21,448 nucleotides of DNA. Origin: a candidate division WOR-3 bacterium (GTDB lineage Bacteria > Hydrothermota > Tepidihabitantia > Tepidihabitantales > Tepidihabitantaceae). How positions within the stretch are numbered: the stretch's first letter is position 1; each line of letters opens with the position of its first letter. The position numbers were made by a program, and so were the translations under genes. The notes under the pieces were generated by a model. That model was not told the origin of the DNA and did no database searches. It saw only the letters and a program-made list of their open reading frames with translations. Location: contig JBDRUH010000022.1 of the NCBI GenBank assembly GCA_039801225.1, forward strand, positions 1 to 21,448, read 5' to 3'. This document shows positions 1-7,881 of the stretch, piece after piece.

Positions 1-59
1 TTTATATATACACAAAATTCTGATGGCTAAAATTGAGTTAAGTTTCGTAATTAAATAAC

Positions 60-338
60 TTAATTTGAAGACAGTTTTGCCTGGGGGGCTGTCCCCTCCA
101 GCACTAGGGTGGTAGTATCATTCGTTGCCTCAATTCTGGGTTTATTGTCAATTTTGATGTTAAAATTTGATTTAAGTTGAAAAGGAAAATCATTTACAGG
201 GACGGTTGGAGTAAGTGGTCTAATTAGGTTTTCAAGAGTCCCTTTCCCTGTAATTCTAAGTTCAGAACCAAAAAGAGGGCTAAGAAGCACCTTGGAATCT
301 GATTTGACAAGAAATGTAAAAAGATAATCTCTGTCCAA
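60..338 (-). CDS. Hypothetical AT-rich ORF or gene remnant
   Basis: 92-aa ORF from TTG. The frame stays open upstream to about 449 with no ATG. No recognisable motif, and the region is AT-richer than neighbouring genes. Confidence 0.2.
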   Translation of the reverse strand: MDRDYLFTFLVKSDSKVLLSPLFGSELRITGKGTLENLIRPLTPTVPVNDFPFQLKSNFNIKIDNKPRIEATNDTTTLVLEGTAPQAKLSSN

Positions 339-416
339 TTTAGCAACGAGAAGAGTTTTTAATGTTGAATTGGAATGGGAATCAAATGGACAATGAATGC
401 CCGAATTTACCTTTTT

Positions 417-477
417 AGTTTGGGGTTTGGAGTTTATAGTTTTGGTTTTTCAACAAAGAACTAAAAACCAACAACCA
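417..477. repeat. AT-rich heptamer repeat cluster with two opposed arms, downstream of pheT
   Basis: AGTTTGG/GGTTTGG/AGTTTAT/AGTTTTG (417-444), followed by inverted units AGAACTA/AAAACCA/ACAACCA (457-477). Confidence 0.7.
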
Positions 478-480
478 ATT

Positions 481-2163
481 TTATAGGCTAACCAAATATG
501 TAATATCAATTTCGGCTAATACCACCGGCACAGTCAACCCAAACCGCTCAAGAATTTCCGGATGAACTTCGCCGGCGATACCGATTGGTTTTGGGTTTTG
601 CAGAACCGCACACCTTCCCAAAAGGAAGGGCGGTTGCTCTTTGGGGGCAAAGGCAATCGGGAAGTTTAACTCCCGGGCAAGGGTTTCTATTACCGATTTG
701 ATATCGCTGAATCCGGTTTTGGCATCGGCGATACCAATGGCGATATGGCGCTGGGCAATAGTGCCGGTTTCGGCACCACTGTGTAGATAAAACACATCGC
801 CAATTTCAAAGATGTTTTGAGGATAAGGCTGGGTGGAGTTCCGGCTGAAAGTTTCCAAAAGTCCGGTAAGGAGGTGACGCCGGAGCATCGTCTGTTCAAT
901 ACTTACCGGGTTCTCAATCATAACTGATAATCCATCATCCTCTATCCCTAACTTGCTAAACTGCGCCTCAGGGTTGGTGAGGCAGAGGGTTACTATTTCA
1001 ATAAAACCAAGACCGATCAGGAGAGAACGACAAAGTTGGCTTATTTCCTCAATCTCAAGGGGGCGGCTGGTGGTTACGGTTGGAATTGGTCGGGCAGGGA
1101 GGCGATGATAGCCATAAGCGATGGCAATGTCTTCAATTATATCCCAGGGGTGAAGGATATCAGAACGATAAGCCGGCACAATGACCTTAAGCCTTGATTC
1201 TTGAGTCGGCATCTTAGCATCATAGCGCATCTTCTTAAGGAGGCTAATTACCTCCTCTTTGGTGAAAGGGATTCCGATGACTTTAACCACATCCTCTAAT
1301 TCAAGGCTTATTTCCTGCGTCTCCATCCCTGGTGTTTGCCATCTTTCGCCGTCAGGATAGGCGATGGTAACCTTCTGAACCTCGCCTCCCAGGTCGGCGA
1401 GCGCTGCCGTTAGGATATTTATACACTTTTTCACCGCCCATTCATCAGGTCCGGTAACATCAATAAAAAGGTCTTTAGTGGCGGGGGAGAGTTTGGTATC
1501 TTCGCTGTTAATAATTGGCGGTAAGGAGAGAATTTTGCCTTCTCGGTCGGTAAGGAGCGGATATGCCGGGAAATCTTTTATTAGATGACGGTATGCTTGA
1601 CCTTTCGGATGAAGGGAAAGAATCTCCGCCGGTGTTACTGGCGCATCAGGCTTTTCAGGAATACCACCCAAAGGAATAAACTTGATGCCATCCGGTTTTA
1701 CTGCCCGATAGATAAAATCGGGCTGGATGGTGGCGAGGTCATAAATGCCAATGGACGCCCGGCGCCGGTCCCTGCCCAGACCCCAATGGAGATTTTCCTG
1801 CATCTCCATAAGTTCCTTCAGAAGTTGTTCATCAACGCTCAGACCTTTTACTATTGCGGCAGCGATATAAGGGCGGATTGCCCGGATACTCTCTTCTACC
1901 CGGACAGTTACGCCGGAGTCATTGAACCGATAAACTTTAAACCCGGTCTCAAACCCCAAATAACCTTTAAGAGCGCGCGCCAGTCCAGCAACATCAAACA
2001 GGTCGGGTCTTGCCGGAAGAAGGTTGATCTTCAAGGTATCGCCTGCAGACTCGGGCTCCACATCAGAGCCAATTTCGGCTAAAATTTGCTGCAACTCCTG
2101 TATCGGAAGGTTTTTGCCTATAAGTCTGCCAAGACGAGCAACAGATATTTCCGCTATCGGCAT
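481..2163 (-). CDS. pheT: Phenylalanine--tRNA ligase beta subunit, archaeal/eukaryotic type
   Basis: 560 aa. Motifs RPDL, B3/4 region (RPYIAAAIV...LSLPPIINS), B5 YRSDILHPWDIIEDIAIAYGY, NP...MLRRHLLTGLL, FEIG. Lacks the bacterial OB-fold and C-terminal anticodon-binding domains. Adjacent to pheS. Confidence 0.96.
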   Translation of the reverse strand: MPIAEISVARLGRLIGKNLPIQELQQILAEIGSDVEPESAGDTLKINLLPARPDLFDVAGLARALKGYLGFETGFKVYRFNDSGVTVRVEESIRAIRPYIAAAIVKGLSVDEQLLKELMEMQENLHWGLGRDRRRASIGIYDLATIQPDFIYRAVKPDGIKFIPLGGIPEKPDAPVTPAEILSLHPKGQAYRHLIKDFPAYPLLTDREGKILSLPPIINSEDTKLSPATKDLFIDVTGPDEWAVKKCINILTAALADLGGEVQKVTIAYPDGERWQTPGMETQEISLELEDVVKVIGIPFTKEEVISLLKKMRYDAKMPTQESRLKVIVPAYRSDILHPWDIIEDIAIAYGYHRLPARPIPTVTTSRPLEIEEISQLCRSLLIGLGFIEIVTLCLTNPEAQFSKLGIEDDGLSVMIENPVSIEQTMLRRHLLTGLLETFSRNSTQPYPQNIFEIGDVFYLHSGAETGTIAQRHIAIGIADAKTGFSDIKSVIETLARELNFPIAFAPKEQPPFLLGRCAVLQNPKPIGIAGEVHPEILERFGLTVPVVLAEIDITYLVSL

Positions 2164-2172
2164 TATCTAATT

Positions 2173-2205
2173 TAGTTTATGGTTTTTAGTTCTTGGTTCT
2201 GGTTC
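2173..2205. repeat. AT-rich heptamer tandem in the pheS-pheT spacer
   Basis: TAGTTTA TGGTTTT TAGTTCT TGGTTCT GGTTC. Positions 2180-2194 are the exact reverse complement of 456-470. Confidence 0.75.
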
Positions 2206-2209
2206 GCAA

Positions 2210-3754
2210 TTAACAACGGAGTGTCGCCTCCTTCCTAAGCCAGTTGATGTCCGCCCAGTAGAGTTTGCGGATGTCCTGAACTTTAAACCGCATCATCGCC
2301 AGCCTTTCCAGCCCCAACCCCCAGGCGAGAACTCTGGTTTTGCAGCCAAACGGTTGAACAACCTCTTGCCGAAACACGCCGGCACCACCCATTTCTACCC
2401 AGCCCAGTTCGCCCAAGTTGGCAAACACTTCAACACTGGGTTCAGTATATGGAAAATAAGAGGGGCGAAAACGGACCTCCTTAGCCCCCATTTTCCGATA
2501 GAACTCGGTTAAAGTGCCAAAGAGCGTTACCAGCGAGGAGTTTTCGTCAATAATGATGCCGTCAATCTGGATGAACTCAGGCAGGTGGGTGGCGTCCATA
2601 TTCTCCCTTCGGAATACTTTACCGATGCAGAAAACTTTGCGCGGTGGGTTCGGGTTCTGAGCCAGCGCCCTGATTGTTGCTGCAGTGGTATGGGTGCGCA
2701 AAAGTAGTCTTTCCGCTTTGGTTTGGTCCCAATGGTAGCCCCATCCTTGAGAGCCGGTCTGCCAGCCATTTTCATGGGTTAATGCCACCCGCTCTATTAT
2801 CTCTTTATCTGGCAGTTTACCTTTAACTGAATCTGGCAGGTAAAATGTATCCTGCATCTCCCGGGCAGGATGGTCCTGAGGCTGGAACAAAGCGTCAAAG
2901 TCCCAGAAGGCGGTTTCCACTATGGGCGAAGTTACCTCCTCAAACCCCATTTCTAAAAAAGCCCTTCGTGCCTCCTGGACGATTCTTGTCAGCGGGTGTG
3001 CCTTACCAGGAAACTTTGGCTTTGTCGGTAGGGTAATGTCATAAGGTCGGAAGCGCACCGAGCGCCACTTGCCGGAGGTTAAAAGTTCTGGAGTGATCTG
3101 GGTTACCGTTGGCTGTTGGCTGTCGGCTATCGGCTGTCGGCTATCGGCCAAGGACTGTTGCCCTTTTGGTGTAAGAACAATTGTCCGCACTGTTCTTTGC
3201 CGAATCCGGATGATGTTTTCCTTTTCCCGCTCCCGTAAAAGGGTGATACATCTTTCAATATCAACATCCGGCAGTTCTTTTTTCAGGTCCAGACTGGTTA
3301 TCAGACTGGCCTTTTTCAGTTTCAGAACAATTTTCTCGTCCGGGTCAAGTTCGCCCGCGAGTGCCCTCTTGCCCTTTTCCAAGAGGCGGAGGAGGTTTTG
3401 CGACCTTTCAAACCAGCCGCGGCGCAAAAACCATTTTACCTCAGAGCGGACATCCGGTTTATTAAGGATTTCTGGTAACCGGCTCAGTTCCACCTCACCT
3501 GTGGTTGAGAGATTCTCGCCGACCTTTGCCAATGCCTTTCGTTCGGGCAGGAGTTCATTCCACTCCTTTCCCGGGGATATCTCTTGATAATGCTCCTCCT
3601 TGATTGTTATCAGTTCCTTTGCCGAGAGGTCCTGGGCGCTGGCCATTATTAGTGACTGGTCAATATTGAGTTCTGAGACCAGGGTAGCAATAGTCGCCGC
3701 ATAACCGGGCTTCTCCTTAAGAAGAGCGAGAACCTTTGCCTTTATAGCCTCCAT
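2210..3754 (-). CDS. pheS: Phenylalanine--tRNA ligase alpha subunit, archaeal/eukaryotic long form
   Basis: 514 aa with long N-terminal extension. Motifs GKAHP, FDALFQPQDHPAREMQDTF, LLRTHTT, DATHLPEF, FPYTEPS, WGLGLERLAM. SD-like GAGGT before the ATG. Confidence 0.97.
   Translation of the reverse strand: MEAIKAKVLALLKEKPGYAATIATLVSELNIDQSLIMASAQDLSAKELITIKEEHYQEISPGKEWNELLPERKALAKVGENLSTTGEVELSRLPEILNKPDVRSEVKWFLRRGWFERSQNLLRLLEKGKRALAGELDPDEKIVLKLKKASLITSLDLKKELPDVDIERCITLLREREKENIIRIRQRTVRTIVLTPKGQQSLADSRQPIADSQQPTVTQITPELLTSGKWRSVRFRPYDITLPTKPKFPGKAHPLTRIVQEARRAFLEMGFEEVTSPIVETAFWDFDALFQPQDHPAREMQDTFYLPDSVKGKLPDKEIIERVALTHENGWQTGSQGWGYHWDQTKAERLLLRTHTTAATIRALAQNPNPPRKVFCIGKVFRRENMDATHLPEFIQIDGIIIDENSSLVTLFGTLTEFYRKMGAKEVRFRPSYFPYTEPSVEVFANLGELGWVEMGGAGVFRQEVVQPFGCKTRVLAWGLGLERLAMMRFKVQDIRKLYWADINWLRKEATLRC
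3108..3148. repeat. In-frame heptamer tandem repeat inside pheS
   Basis: GGCTGTT GGCTGTC GGCTATC GGCTGTC GGCTATC GGC from 3111, encoding ADSRQPIADSQQP on the minus strand. Confidence 0.9.
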
Positions 3755-3766
3755 GATACCTCACTT

Positions 3767-3832
3767 AGGTTTAGGTTGAGTAATCGGGGTTGCAATCGGG
3801 AAAGCCCGATTCGGGCCCTACAGCCTCTACCT
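3767..3832. repeat. Hexamer-based imperfect inverted repeat with internal hairpins upstream of pheS
   Basis: AGGTTTAGGTTGAG (3767-3780) versus CTACAGCCTCTACCT (3818-3832), with internal AATCGGG-AAAG-CCCGATT and GCCCGATTCGGGC. Confidence 0.55.
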
Positions 3833-3877
3833 CTCTGCGTCCGTGAACCGTCGGCTCTCTTCCCTCTCCAATCTTCA

Positions 3878-5224
3878 TTAGTTTAGATTCCATTCCTTCA
3901 GCCGGGCGGAGATTATCTCCTCAAGGTCAGGGTGCGACTTTTCTTGCAGGTGATAGCGGACCCGGATAATGGTTTTGTTGGTCTTGATGAGCCGGGATAG
4001 GTCTATGGGTGTGCCACTTACAACTATATCACAATCTGCCCGGTTGATCGCATCCTGCAATTCCTCAAGTTGCTCTTCTGAGTAACCCATTGCCGGAAGA
4101 ACCCGGTCAAGATGGGAGGAGCGTTTCAACTCCTCGGCGAGAGAGCCTGAGACATAAGGCTTCGGGTCAATGATTTCTCTGGCACCATACCTTTCGGCAG
4201 CAATTCTACCAGCACCATAAGGCATCTCGCCATGGGTTACGGTCGGACCATCCTCAACAACCAGCACCCTTTTGTTCCGTATCATCTCTGGCTGCTCCAC
4301 AGTAAGAGGGGAGTCGGCATCAATAATAATGGCGTCGGGATTTTTCTTTTTAACCTCCTCCTTCACTCGGGCGATCGCCTCGGGTTTTGCTGAGTCCTCC
4401 TTATTGATTACCACCACATCCGCCATCATCAGGTTTACCTCTCCAGGATGATAAACCGCGGTGTGGTCGGCGCGTAGCGGGTCGGTGAGAACGATTAACA
4501 GGTCAGGGGCAAAAAAGGAGATTTCATTGTTGCCGCCATCCCAGACAATAACATCCGCCTCTTTTTCGGCTCGTTTGAGAACCTCCTGGTAATCGCACCC
4601 GGCATAAATTACCATTCCCTGTTCAATGTAGGGCTCATACTCCTCCCGTTCTTCAATTGTAACCTCGGCTTGGTCTAAGTCCTCATAACTGGCAAACCGT
4701 TGCCAGACCTGTTTGGTTAAATCGCCGTAAGGCATTGGCTCCCGGACCGCCACTACTTTAAGACCTTTTGAGCGGAGTATCTCATAGACCCGGCGTGAGG
4801 TCTGGGATTTACCACAGCCGGTGCGCACCGCGCAGACGGCAATAACCGGTTTTGGGGCTTTAAGTTGTAAAAATCGGGGAGAGATGAGCCGAAATGAGGC
4901 ACCGGCCACTAAAGCCTGGGAGGCACGACTCATAACAAACACATACTTCACATCAGAATAGGCGAAGACCACCTCATCCACCTTTAATCTTTTGATGAGT
5001 TCCGGCAGGTCCTTTTCATAAAATGTGGGAATTCCCTGTGGGTAGAGTTTGCCCGCCAAAACCGGGGGATAGGTGCGCAACTTGCCGACACTGCCCAGAT
5101 TCTGTTCCAATGCCATTGTGAAGCCAACCACCTCATACTCCTCATTATCGCGGAAGAACATATTGAAAGTGTGATAGTCCATTCCGGCCGCACCCATAAT
5201 GATAACCCGCTTCCGTTCTTTCAT
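3878..5224 (-). CDS. COG2403 P-loop enzyme, arginine synthetase (ArcE)-like; often annotated GTPase or cyclic 2,3-diphosphoglycerate synthetase
   Basis: Motifs RVIIMGAAG, YPPVLAGKLYPQGIP, FAYSDV, Walker A AVRTGCGKS, PMPYGDL, TIEEREEYEP, WDGGNN, VVEDGPTVTHG, LPAMGYS. TGATG overlap with pruA. Confidence 0.8.
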   Translation of the reverse strand: MKERKRVIIMGAAGMDYHTFNMFFRDNEEYEVVGFTMALEQNLGSVGKLRTYPPVLAGKLYPQGIPTFYEKDLPELIKRLKVDEVVFAYSDVKYVFVMSRASQALVAGASFRLISPRFLQLKAPKPVIAVCAVRTGCGKSQTSRRVYEILRSKGLKVVAVREPMPYGDLTKQVWQRFASYEDLDQAEVTIEEREEYEPYIEQGMVIYAGCDYQEVLKRAEKEADVIVWDGGNNEISFFAPDLLIVLTDPLRADHTAVYHPGEVNLMMADVVVINKEDSAKPEAIARVKEEVKKKNPDAIIIDADSPLTVEQPEMIRNKRVLVVEDGPTVTHGEMPYGAGRIAAERYGAREIIDPKPYVSGSLAEELKRSSHLDRVLPAMGYSEEQLEELQDAINRADCDIVVSGTPIDLSRLIKTNKTIIRVRYHLQEKSHPDLEEIISARLKEWNLN

Positions 5225-6768
5225 CAGAACCTCTCGGTCATAGATTTTGCCTGCAGGAATAAGAGAAGATAATCTCGGCCACCCGCCTTGGAGTCGGTTC
5301 CGGACATATTGAATCCGCCGAATGGCTGAACATCAACCAAAGCCCCGGTGCATTTGCGGTTGAAATATAGGTTACCGCAATGAAACTCCCTTTTTGCCCG
5401 GATGATTTTTTCCCGATTCCGGGTGTAAACCGCGCCGGTGAGACCATATTCGGTACTATTGGCAATATCCAAGGCGTCGGTGAAATTGCGTGCCTTTATC
5501 ACCGCCAGAACCGGACCAAAAATCTCCTCCTGGGCGATTCGGGCGTTTCTTTTCACATCGGCAAATATTGTTGGCTGGATAAAGAAGCCCTCCCGGTCAT
5601 CACCCTTGCCACCGCAGAGCAGTCTACCTTCATTTTTGCCCAGGGCAATATAGTCCATAATTTTCTTAAAGGCGCCAGCGTTGATCACCGGCCCTAACCA
5701 GTTCTCCGGTTCTTCAACCGGTCCCATCTTAATCTTCTTAACCCGGGCGATAAGCATATCAAGGAATTGGTCATAAATCTTCGCATCCAGGACCAGCCTT
5801 GAGCAAGCCGAGCACTTCTGCCCCTGAAAGCCGAATGCGGAAACCACCACACCCTCAACTGCACTGTTGAGGTCCGCCTCTGAATCAACGATAATGCAGT
5901 CCTTGCCGCCCATCTCGGCAACAACCCGTTTAATCCAGATTTGCCCAGGAGCCAGTTTACCAGCCGATTCCACGATCTTCAGACCGACATCCTTTGAGCC
6001 GGTGAATGAGATGAATCTGGTCTTCGGGTGCTCAACCAGATAATTACCCACCGTTCCGCCCGGTCCGGTCAGGTAGTTAACAACCCCGGGTGGCAAACCC
6101 GCCTCCTCCAGACACTCCATAAACATCGCGGCAATTAGCGGTGCATCAGATGCGGGTTTTAGAACAACCGTATTACCGCTTACTGCAGCGGCGGTAGTCA
6201 TACCGGCCATAATGGCACAGGGAAAGTTCCAGGGTGGAATGATTACGCCTGCGCCAAGCGGTATATAACGGACCTCCTGAATCTCTCCGGAATACGGAGT
6301 AACACCGCATGGCTGGTCATAGCGTATCGCCTCCCGAGAGTAAAACTCCAGGAAGTCTATCGCTTCAGCAAAATCGGCATCAGCCTCAATCCAGTTCTTC
6401 CCCACCTCCAGAACCATCGCCGCATCAAACTCAAACCGGCGCGAGCGCATTATCCTTGCTGCCCGCAAAAATATACTCGCCCGCTCAATCGCCGGGACAA
6501 ACCGCCAATCTTCAAAAGCCTGCCATGCCGACTTTAACGCCGCCTCCGCCTCCTTCACCCCGGCCTGACAAAATGTGCCGACCGGCTTTTTGTCTGAGGG
6601 GTTAAAAGACTTAAAAACCTCTTTTGTCTTAACCCTCCTACCGCCGATAATCAGGTCATACTCCTTATCCGCCTTTTTCTTAAGCGCGGCAATCGCCTCC
6701 TGGATTCCCTTTTTATTCTCCTCCTTAGAAAAGTCCAGATAAGGCTCATTACTAAATACCGGTAACAT
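5224..6768 (-). CDS. pruA: L-glutamate gamma-semialdehyde (1-pyrroline-5-carboxylate) dehydrogenase
   Basis: Motifs F.NEP, EAIDFLEFY, PWNFP, FTGSKDVG, EMGGKD, catalytic FGFQGQKCSACSR, EEIFGP, GNLYFNRKCTGA, QPFGGFNMSGTDSKAGG. SD AGGAGG upstream. Confidence 0.95.
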   Translation of the reverse strand: MLPVFSNEPYLDFSKEENKKGIQEAIAALKKKADKEYDLIIGGRRVKTKEVFKSFNPSDKKPVGTFCQAGVKEAEAALKSAWQAFEDWRFVPAIERASIFLRAARIMRSRRFEFDAAMVLEVGKNWIEADADFAEAIDFLEFYSREAIRYDQPCGVTPYSGEIQEVRYIPLGAGVIIPPWNFPCAIMAGMTTAAAVSGNTVVLKPASDAPLIAAMFMECLEEAGLPPGVVNYLTGPGGTVGNYLVEHPKTRFISFTGSKDVGLKIVESAGKLAPGQIWIKRVVAEMGGKDCIIVDSEADLNSAVEGVVVSAFGFQGQKCSACSRLVLDAKIYDQFLDMLIARVKKIKMGPVEEPENWLGPVINAGAFKKIMDYIALGKNEGRLLCGGKGDDREGFFIQPTIFADVKRNARIAQEEIFGPVLAVIKARNFTDALDIANSTEYGLTGAVYTRNREKIIRAKREFHCGNLYFNRKCTGALVDVQPFGGFNMSGTDSKAGGRDYLLLFLQAKSMTERF

Positions 6769-6795
6769 CTTTTCCTCCTATTATTTATTAGGTAT

Positions 6796-6889
6796 AGGTA
6801 TAGGAAAAGGTAGAGATTATACCTATGTCTTCCGCCCCCCGTTCTCCATCCTCCGGTCAACGGTATCTCCTCTACCTTTGCCTCTACCT
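6796..6889 (-). promoter_or_regulatory. Long hairpin in the pruA 5' leader built from AGGTAN hexamers
   Basis: 6796-6815 and 6870-6889 form an 18/20 inverted repeat, with an inner ATACC/GGTAT pair (6819-6823 / 6862-6866). Confidence 0.65.
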
Positions 6890-6904
6890 GAACATATGCC
6901 TTTT

Positions 6905-6932
6905 ATGATACCTTCCTACCCCAAAAAGTCAA
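6905..6932 (-). promoter_or_regulatory. Sigma70-type promoter for pruA operon
   Basis: TTGACT (6932-6927), 16-nt spacer, TATCAT (6910-6905). Confidence 0.65.
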
Positions 6933-6940
6933 CCTTAATC

Positions 6941-6961
6941 GGCTGTCAGCTGCCGGTCGCT
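6941..6961. repeat. Degenerate GGCTGHC heptamer copies between divergent promoters
   Basis: GGCTGTC AGCTGCC GGTCGCT. Confidence 0.5.
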
Positions 6962-6980
6962 TGGGCTTAAAAAGTTTTTC

Positions 6981-7008
6981 TTGACAGCGAGGGTTGAATG
7001 GCTAAACT
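6981..7008 (+). promoter_or_regulatory. Sigma70-type promoter for the M23 gene, probably leaderless
   Basis: TTGACA, 16-nt spacer, TAAACT. In-frame GTG lies 7 nt downstream. Confidence 0.65.
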
Positions 7009-7015
7009 GGCTATC

Positions 7016-7879
7016 GTGGAAAGGCTCCAGGTTCTGGTTCACCTGCCCCGCCGCAATAAGGCGTTAAACCTTTCCATTCCCCTTCATTATATATATATTG
7101 CCGTAGCGGTCCTATTGGGCTTTTTTGTTTTCAGCGGCGCCTTTACCCGGTTTATCGTTAACCGTTTCACCGAAAGGGGCTTGCTCAACCGGCTCATTGC
7201 CGAAAATTCGCTGTTAAACCAGAAACTTTCCGCCTATGCTGCGGTGGTGGACAGTTTCCGGCAGTTTCTCCTTTTTACCGAGGAGATGGACAATAAACTC
7301 CGGGCTGCGGTTAACCTTGGGCTTGTGCCCAAGGATGTTCGGCTGATGGGGGTGGGGGGAAAACAAACGGTGAGCGCGGCGCCCGAAGTGGATGAACTTT
7401 TGCGCCGGGCAAAGTTTGCCCAGCACTCACTTTTAGAGATTAATCGGACCTTAAGTCAGCACCAAGAGCGGCTGCGTTATCTGCCCTCAATCTGGCCGGT
7501 TCAGGGCTGGGTAACCTCGGGTTTTGGTTATCGCCAGGACCCCTTCTCGGGTCGGCGAGAGATGCACGAAGGTATGGATATTGTTGCTCCCCGTGGTACA
7601 CCGATTGTTGCTCCAGCTGACGGCAGGGTCGTTTATTCCGGGTGGAAAGCCGGGTATGGCAGGACGGTGGAGATTGACCATGGCTGGGGGGTTCGGACAT
7701 TTTTTGCCCACTGCCAAGAGTTAAAGGTGACTAACGGCAAAAGGGTAAAAAGGGGCGAGGTGATTGCCACAGTCGGCTCATCTGGGCTGACAACCGGTAA
7801 TCATCTCCACTACGGCGTGCAACTCAATGGCAGTTGGGTCAATCCCGGTGACTACATCCTCTCCCCAAGATATAGATAG
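7016..7879 (+). CDS. M23 family metallopeptidase (peptidoglycan endopeptidase), membrane-anchored with coiled coil
   Basis: N-terminal hydrophobic helix, PSIWPVQGWVTSGFG, HEGMD (HxxxD), HLHY (HxH). Start moved from 6998 to GTG 7016 because the ATG lies inside the promoter spacer. Confidence 0.92.
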   Translation: MERLQVLVHLPRRNKALNLSIPLHYIYIAVAVLLGFFVFSGAFTRFIVNRFTERGLLNRLIAENSLLNQKLSAYAAVVDSFRQFLLFTEEMDNKLRAAVNLGLVPKDVRLMGVGGKQTVSAAPEVDELLRRAKFAQHSLLEINRTLSQHQERLRYLPSIWPVQGWVTSGFGYRQDPFSGRREMHEGMDIVAPRGTPIVAPADGRVVYSGWKAGYGRTVEIDHGWGVRTFFAHCQELKVTNGKRVKRGEVIATVGSSGLTTGNHLHYGVQLNGSWVNPGDYILSPRYR

Positions 7880-7881
7880 CC

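Noticed and set aside
3069..3587. 172-aa plus-strand ORF and similar shadow ORFs (e.g. 1585-2082, 10946-11350, 14977-15405, 15761-16093)
   Set aside because: They lie largely antisense to well-supported genes and have no recognisable motifs.
3755..3877. T-box riboswitch upstream of pheS
   Set aside because: The spacer is only about 120 nt, with no T-box consensus (AANNAGGGTGGNACC) and no terminator U-tract.
6651..6860. Arg-rich 69-aa ORF as an arginine-sensing leader peptide
   Set aside because: The Arg runs lie inside pruA in an alternative frame, and the TTG start has no convincing support.
6769..6900. Lysine riboswitch, suggested by GGTAGAGG at the leader start
   Set aside because: Too short, lacks the other conserved helices, and the motif is explained by the hexamer inverted repeat.
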